Positions 59,380-64,000 of a stretch of DNA of 64,000 nucleotides are shown piece after piece (the first letter of the stretch is position 1; the number at the start of each line of letters is the position of its first letter). The stretch spans positions 31,406 to 95,405 of the forward strand of contig JAJDWX010000042.1 in assembly GCA_022825385.1 (NCBI GenBank). The letters are read 5' to 3'. The position numbers and the translations under genes were made by a program. The notes under the pieces were generated by a model. That model was not told the origin of the DNA and did no database searches. It saw nothing but the letters and a program-made list of their open reading frames with translations. This DNA is from Rhodothermales bacterium (GTDB lineage Bacteria > Bacteroidota > Rhodothermia > Rhodothermales > VXPQ01).

Positions 59380-60255
59380 ATGAATTCGCAGCAAAGGCAA
59401 GGGGATCGCGTGAAGATGCTTCTGGAAGACGCCGCGCGGCGGCTGGGAGACGCCGGAATCGACGCGCCGCGCCGCAACGCCGAGTGGCTCTTGTGCGAGG
59501 CGCTTGGGACCTCCCGCGCCGGGTTATACGCGGCGTCCGGGGACCGGGTCGATCCCGGGGCCGTTCGGCGTTTCGACGAGATGCTGGCGCGTCGGCTGCG
59601 GCGCGAGCCGGCGCAGTACATCCTGGGCTACGCGGAATTCATGGGGTTGCGGGTGGTCGTTACGCCGGACGTGCTCATTCCGCGTCCCGAAACGGAAGAA
59701 CTGGTCGAGGCGGCGTTGGCTTGTCTGCCTGCGGACAGGCCGGCCGTCGCGCTGGACGCCGGTACGGGAAGCGGTTGCATTGCGCTGGCCATCCGGGCGG
59801 CCCGGCCGGACGTTCGGACGCATGCGTGCGACGCGTCGGAGGCGGCGCTGGCTGTGGCCCGCCGCAACGGCGCGGCGCGCGGGCTGGCCGTAACATGGAT
59901 CGCCGCCGATATGCTGAGGGAGGATTTTGCGCAGCGGGTTCCTTACGGGCTTGACCTTTTGATTTCCAATCCGCCGTACGTCCCGGAGGAAGAGATGGCG
60001 ACGTTGCCGGAGGAGGTGCGCGACTGGGAACCGCGGGCGGCGCTGGCGGCGCCGGGCGATCCGCTGGTTTTTTACCGCGCACTGGCCCGGCATGGGCTGC
60101 GTATGATTCGGCCCGGCGGCTGGATTGCGCTGGAGACGCATGCGGACTACGGAGAAGCCGCGCGGAGTTTGCTGGCGACGGCGGGCTACGCCGACGTTTC
60201 GCTCCGAAAGGATATGGCGGAGCGGGACCGGATCGTTCTGGGGCGGCGTATGTAG
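59380..60255 (+). CDS. prmC: Release factor glutamine methyltransferase
   Basis: REPAQYILG, VLIPRPETEELV, DAGTGSGCIA, SNPPY. Confidence 0.94.
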   Translation: MNSQQRQGDRVKMLLEDAARRLGDAGIDAPRRNAEWLLCEALGTSRAGLYAASGDRVDPGAVRRFDEMLARRLRREPAQYILGYAEFMGLRVVVTPDVLIPRPETEELVEAALACLPADRPAVALDAGTGSGCIALAIRAARPDVRTHACDASEAALAVARRNGAARGLAVTWIAADMLREDFAQRVPYGLDLLISNPPYVPEEEMATLPEEVRDWEPRAALAAPGDPLVFYRALARHGLRMIRPGGWIALETHADYGEAARSLLATAGYADVSLRKDMAERDRIVLGRRM

Positions 60256-60356
60256 CAGCGGGGCGTGGAGTGCGTCCTCTGTTTATCGAGGACAGTCAAG
60301 GAAATACTGAAGATGTACATGAATGTGCAAATTGGTATTTATCTGACAATTTGGCT

Positions 60357-61067
60357 TTAAAATTGAAAATGTAGGCCCAGAAATTTGAAATCAGGCACCG
60401 TACATATAAATTCCGTATAGGAACAATTTATCCAGTACAAATCGAATTCATGTGTAAATACTAAATTTCCCATATTATATTCAACTCCAATACCTCCTGT
60501 TAATCCAGGAAATATTGATTTCCCTTCAGGACGATCCTTGTCAAGTTTATAAGTAAATTCAGGATCCGTAAATTCTTCGTAACGTATTATATTTCTAGTA
60601 AAAGAACAACCGTTATAGTAATCGTATTGACAATCATTATACTCTGGACTATTACTGGCATGCTCTCGATAAATCCATTTTCTATTAAAATACCAAGTAC
60701 CAATACCAGCAAAACCAAAAGGGCGTAATTTATATTTCTTTAGTGGATAATAATTATAACGTCCAGATAAATTAAATATAAATTCATTTTGATCGTTTGA
60801 CCAAGACGAAATAATCTGCCAATTTTTATAACTAACTCTTGTATGAATATAAGGATAAGGCATATTATCATAACAAAACTCATCATCAAGATCACAACTA
60901 ATCTCGTTTAGAACAGAATATCCAGAAAAAGAAATTCCAATTCGCCAAGTATAATTTTTCTCTGCTGTTACAATTTCATCTGATTTTGATGGTTCGACTT
61001 GAGCTATCGCAGTATCCGTTCCTAAAAATATAACGACAAGAACAATGGAAAGCCGCCAAATATACAT
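60357..61067 (-). CDS. AT-rich orphan outer-membrane beta-barrel-like protein with three Cys pairs
   Basis: Signal peptide (IFLGTDTAIAQ), RPFGFAGIG, GGIGVEY, terminal LHFQF; far more AT-rich than flanks. Confidence 0.7.
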   Translation of the reverse strand: MYIWRLSIVLVVIFLGTDTAIAQVEPSKSDEIVTAEKNYTWRIGISFSGYSVLNEISCDLDDEFCYDNMPYPYIHTRVSYKNWQIISSWSNDQNEFIFNLSGRYNYYPLKKYKLRPFGFAGIGTWYFNRKWIYREHASNSPEYNDCQYDYYNGCSFTRNIIRYEEFTDPEFTYKLDKDRPEGKSIFPGLTGGIGVEYNMGNLVFTHEFDLYWINCSYTEFICTVPDFKFLGLHFQF

Positions 61068-61394
61068 GAAAAAGCGGTAGGGATATGATGATAATAACGT
61101 GTGCATGGTTCACCTCGCTATTTAATGAGTGTCATTCGGCCTGTGTCCTGGAAATCGCCCGACCGCCTTCAGGATACTTAACGATTTTTTCAAAGTCAAG
61201 CCCTAAATGTGACCTCTCAATAGGTTGCTCATTATCTCTGGATTTCCGAATTTATAATGTTACCAAAACATTAAATCTGGCCGTCGGCGACATCAACTGC
61301 CCCAAAATTCGCATCAAAAGCCGCATGATCTCCCCAGGAGCCCCGCTCTCCCGTCTCCACGCGGCGTTCAGCGTGAAGGTGCGGCTTTTGTGAC

Positions 61395-61505
61395 AGTGCT
61401 CCAGACTCCGCAAATACGCCCGCCTTATTTATTTAACCTCGAAATTTCGCGCCTTACTATTTTAACCGGCCCCTCGGAAAGGCGCGCCACGGGGCTGACT
61501 AAGCC
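61395..61505 (-). repeat. Partial second copy of the 54.8-kb element, including twin-palindrome motif copy 5 (61421-61467)
   Basis: Reverse complement ggttaaaatagtaaggcgcgaaatttcgaggttaaataaataaggcg matches 54837-54884 with a 1-nt indel; both flanks also align loosely. Confidence 0.85.
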
Positions 61506-61603
61506 CCAAATTCCGCATACTCGCCTGCGCAGAGAAGGGGCGCCCTTCGCCTTCCGCAGGAACCGTCCCGCCCGGAAGTCGTTGCGTTGCAAGGAGGCCC
61601 GCC

Positions 61604-62839
61604 TTGCTACGCCATGCGCGCTTTTTTCAATCCGTCGCCGTACGGTTCTGGTTCGTTTCATTTGCTTCCCCTTTTTCCGTGCACGTCAGGGACCGGTTCG
61701 ACGTAGCCTTTGCGCTTCACGGCGATCTGCCGAGCAATTCGCGGGCGCTTCGGCAGCTCAGGCTGCTTGGCGACGCTGGCCTGCGCGTCCGGGTCGTTGT
61801 TGCCGTCTCTCGCGCGCCCGACGAGACGGCAAGACCGGGCATGCCGGACCTTCCAGACCTTCCTGGCGCCCGGATCGATACGATTTCTGTCGCCGCGCAA
61901 TCCGGTCCGCCTTTCTTTCGGGAATTGCACCGCCGCATGCGCCGGGCGTTGCTCGAAACCCCTGCCCGCGCGTTCCATGCCTCGGGTTTGTACGTGCTGC
62001 CCGCCGCGCAGGCCGCGGCCCGCGCCTGCGACGCCCGCGTAGTCTACGATGTCCGGGAACTCTATCCGCATGTTCCTTCTACGGTCGGGAAGCCCTGGGC
62101 GCGCGCGTTCTGGAGCCTGCTCGAACGCCGATACATCCGGCGGGCCGACGCCATCCTGACGGTGGGGGACGCCATTGCGGACCGTCTGTCCAGGACGTAC
62201 GGCGTCGCCCGTCCCGCCGTACTCTACAACATCCCGCTGCGCAAGCCCGGCCCGCTCCGTCCGGTTCCCCTTGCGCCGGACCTTGATCCGGGCGTCGTAA
62301 CCATCTTGCACCAGGGGAATATGATGAAAGCGCGCGGCTGCGAAGAGCTGGTGGCCGCCATGCCGGACGTCGAAGGCGCCGCGCTTGTGTTTCTCGGTGG
62401 CGGGCCGCTTCGCTTGCCATTAGCGGAGCAGGCGGCAGCGCTGGGGGTCGCGCGCCGGGTTCGTTTCGTCGATCCCGTTCCGTCGGATCGGCTTCTGGAG
62501 CACACCGCTTCCGCCGATCTGGGCGTTACCCTGCTTCAGGATACCTGTCTTAACCATCGCTTTGCGCTGCCGAACAAGTTATTCGAATATCTGATGGCGG
62601 GTCTCCCGGTCATTGCCTCGGATTTGCCCGAAATCCGGCGCGTGGTGGCTCCATGCGACGTGGGCCTCCTGTGCGAACCCGGCAACCAGCGCGCGCTGAC
62701 GGACGCCTTGCGCCGCGCGGTCGCCAGCGAATCGCTTCGGGCGCGGTGGCGTCGGAATATTCCCTGCGTTTTCGAAACTTTTAACCCGGATTCGGTATCC
62801 AAGCGCTTTCTGGATATCTACGAAGGATTGCTCCGCTGA
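61604..62839 (+). CDS. Glycosyltransferase family 4 (GT-B)
   Basis: VVYDVRELY, HQGNMMKARG, ALPNKLFEYLMAGLPVIASD. Start uncertain. Confidence 0.88.
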   Translation: MLRHARFFQSVAVRFWFVSFASPFSVHVRDRFDVAFALHGDLPSNSRALRQLRLLGDAGLRVRVVVAVSRAPDETARPGMPDLPDLPGARIDTISVAAQSGPPFFRELHRRMRRALLETPARAFHASGLYVLPAAQAAARACDARVVYDVRELYPHVPSTVGKPWARAFWSLLERRYIRRADAILTVGDAIADRLSRTYGVARPAVLYNIPLRKPGPLRPVPLAPDLDPGVVTILHQGNMMKARGCEELVAAMPDVEGAALVFLGGGPLRLPLAEQAAALGVARRVRFVDPVPSDRLLEHTASADLGVTLLQDTCLNHRFALPNKLFEYLMAGLPVIASDLPEIRRVVAPCDVGLLCEPGNQRALTDALRRAVASESLRARWRRNIPCVFETFNPDSVSKRFLDIYEGLLR

Positions 62840-62844
62840 GCGTC

Positions 62845-63396
62845 ATGCATCGCCCTGGAACATTTGCTGGATCGCTTGCCGCGCCGCGCGCGTTGCGGGG
62901 CCTTGTTTGCCTTCTTGCCTTCGCGGCGTATCTGTATGCGCCGGCGCAGGCGCAAGACGCCAGCGTAGCGGCCGAAGGGCTGGACTGGAAAGATTTCGAA
63001 GCCGCCGTTGCAGAGGCCGAGGCGCAGGACAAGAAATTGATCGTGGACGTGTATGCGGCGTGGTGCCCGTGGTGCCGCCGGCTGCAACGCGAGGTCTATG
63101 CGCACGACGAGGTGCAGGCGTATATCCGGGAGCGCTTCGTGGTGACGCGCCTGGACGCAGAAAACACGGCGGACAGCCTCCGTTTTCGCGACTATACGCT
63201 GACCCCGTCGGAAATGGCGGCGGGCCTGGGGGCTTCGGGATTTCCGACCACCGTTTTTCTGGACGAGGCAGGACAGTACATCACGCGCTTGCCGGGTTTC
63301 ATCACGGCGCCGGATTTTCTGGACGTGCTGAATTACATCGGAAGCGAAGCGTTCGTGGATGTTACGTTCGAGGAGTACCTGGGGGAAAGCGAATAG
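62845..63396 (+). CDS. Exported thioredoxin-fold protein (Thioredoxin_7/SoxW-like)
   Basis: Signal peptide; DVYAAWCPWCRRL, GFPTTVFLD. Confidence 0.85.
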   Translation: MHRPGTFAGSLAAPRALRGLVCLLAFAAYLYAPAQAQDASVAAEGLDWKDFEAAVAEAEAQDKKLIVDVYAAWCPWCRRLQREVYAHDEVQAYIRERFVVTRLDAENTADSLRFRDYTLTPSEMAAGLGASGFPTTVFLDEAGQYITRLPGFITAPDFLDVLNYIGSEAFVDVTFEEYLGESE

Positions 63397-63465
63397 GGAA
63401 ACCGGAATTTCCGTCCGCGCCCGCCGCGCCTTGTCCGCTTCGTTATTTCCCTTTCTCCTGACCGC

Positions 63466-64000
63466 ATGCACCGTATTCTGAACGTCCTGAAGATATTCCG
63501 GGTCATGCTTGCGAGCGCGTTGCAGGCCAACCGGGACGCGGCGGGGCTGGAACGCGCGGAAGCCTGGCGCCGCCGGTCCCGGCAGTTGCATGCAGGATGC
63601 GCCCGACTCTGCGAGCAGGCGAATATTCGCGTCCGGGTGGAAGGAACGATCCCGAAACGGACGGGCATGCTTGTCGTGGCGAACCATTTCGGGGTGCTCG
63701 ATCCCATAGTATTGACGGCGGCGACGCCCATGGCCCCGGTTGCGCGGGCCGACCTGCAACGTTGGCCGTTCGTCGGCGACGTAGCCGTTTCGCATGGCAT
63801 GATTCCGGTGGAGCGGGAGCGCCGCACGGCGGCGTTGTCTTTCGTCGAACGCGTGGGCGAACGGTTGGCGGCCGGGCTGAACGTGCTGGTATTTCCCGAG
63901 GGGCATACCAGCGAAGCGCGAGAAGTTCGCCCGTTCAAGACAGGGGTGTTCGAGGCGGCGAGCGGGTGGGCCGGGGGCCTTGTTTTGCCCGCCTATCTGT
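63466..64000 (+). CDS. Lysophospholipid acyltransferase (PlsC family), 3'-partial
   Basis: Manual translation from ATG 63466 gives VVANHFGVLD (NHxxxxD) and LVFPEG...RPFKTGVF; the ORF runs off the window and is absent from the ORF track. Confidence 0.85.
   Translation, partial: MHRILNVLKIFRVMLASALQANRDAAGLERAEAWRRRSRQLHAGCARLCEQANIRVRVEGTIPKRTGMLVVANHFGVLDPIVLTAATPMAPVARADLQRWPFVGDVAVSHGMIPVERERRTAALSFVERVGERLAAGLNVLVFPEGHTSEAREVRPFKTGVFEAASGWAGGLVLPAYL

Noticed and set aside
61085-61393. 102-aa + strand ORF next to the AT-rich gene
   Set aside because: No motif, overlaps the presumed upstream region of the minus-strand gene, and spans a compositional boundary.
61604-62839. Glycosyltransferase as bshA
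   Set aside because: Lacks the BshA-type N-terminal motif and is not linked to the bsh genes; generic GT4.
1-64000. tRNA/rRNA genes, integrase, transposase, reverse transcriptase (DGR or retron)
   Set aside because: None recognised by eye or in the ORF track; tRNAscan-SE, Infernal and HMM searches would be needed to exclude them fully.

Overview
GC-rich chromosomal segment, most likely from a Rhodothermota/Bacteroidota-lineage bacterium. This is inferred from a T9SS type-A sorting domain, DUF3276, bshC/bshB1, an ECF sigma-FecR-TonB receptor cluster and the efp-accB-accC-gcvH-guaA-bamD-nadD order; the gene content resembles host-associated (e.g. sponge) symbionts, which is also inference. A housekeeping backbone (pfk, recX, hisD/hisC, bshC, leuS, bshB1, efp, accBC, gcvH, guaA, bamD, nadD, glgP, prmC) is interrupted by defence/toxin-antitoxin patches. 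Patch 1-13.4 kb: a large protein with a C-terminal restriction-endonuclease-like domain, AbiEi/AbiEii, ABC ATPase + DUF4276, a MITE-disrupted vapBC-like relic, Fic, a 40-bp palindrome array and two AAA14-DUF4143 ATPases. Patch 20-21.7 kb: hipBA. Patch 34.3-41.2 kb: ABC-TOPRIM ATPase, ABC ATPase + small PD-(D/E)xK protein, a DUF1156 methylase stub and AIPR. Non-coding structure seen directly in the sequence: a 256-bp TIR element with TA duplication, five dispersed copies of an AT-rich twin-palindrome motif, and two related 105-bp hairpins with compensatory changes that flank one of those copies. No CRISPR array, rRNA, tRNA or transposase was recognised. Family assignments come from motif recognition, not database searches.
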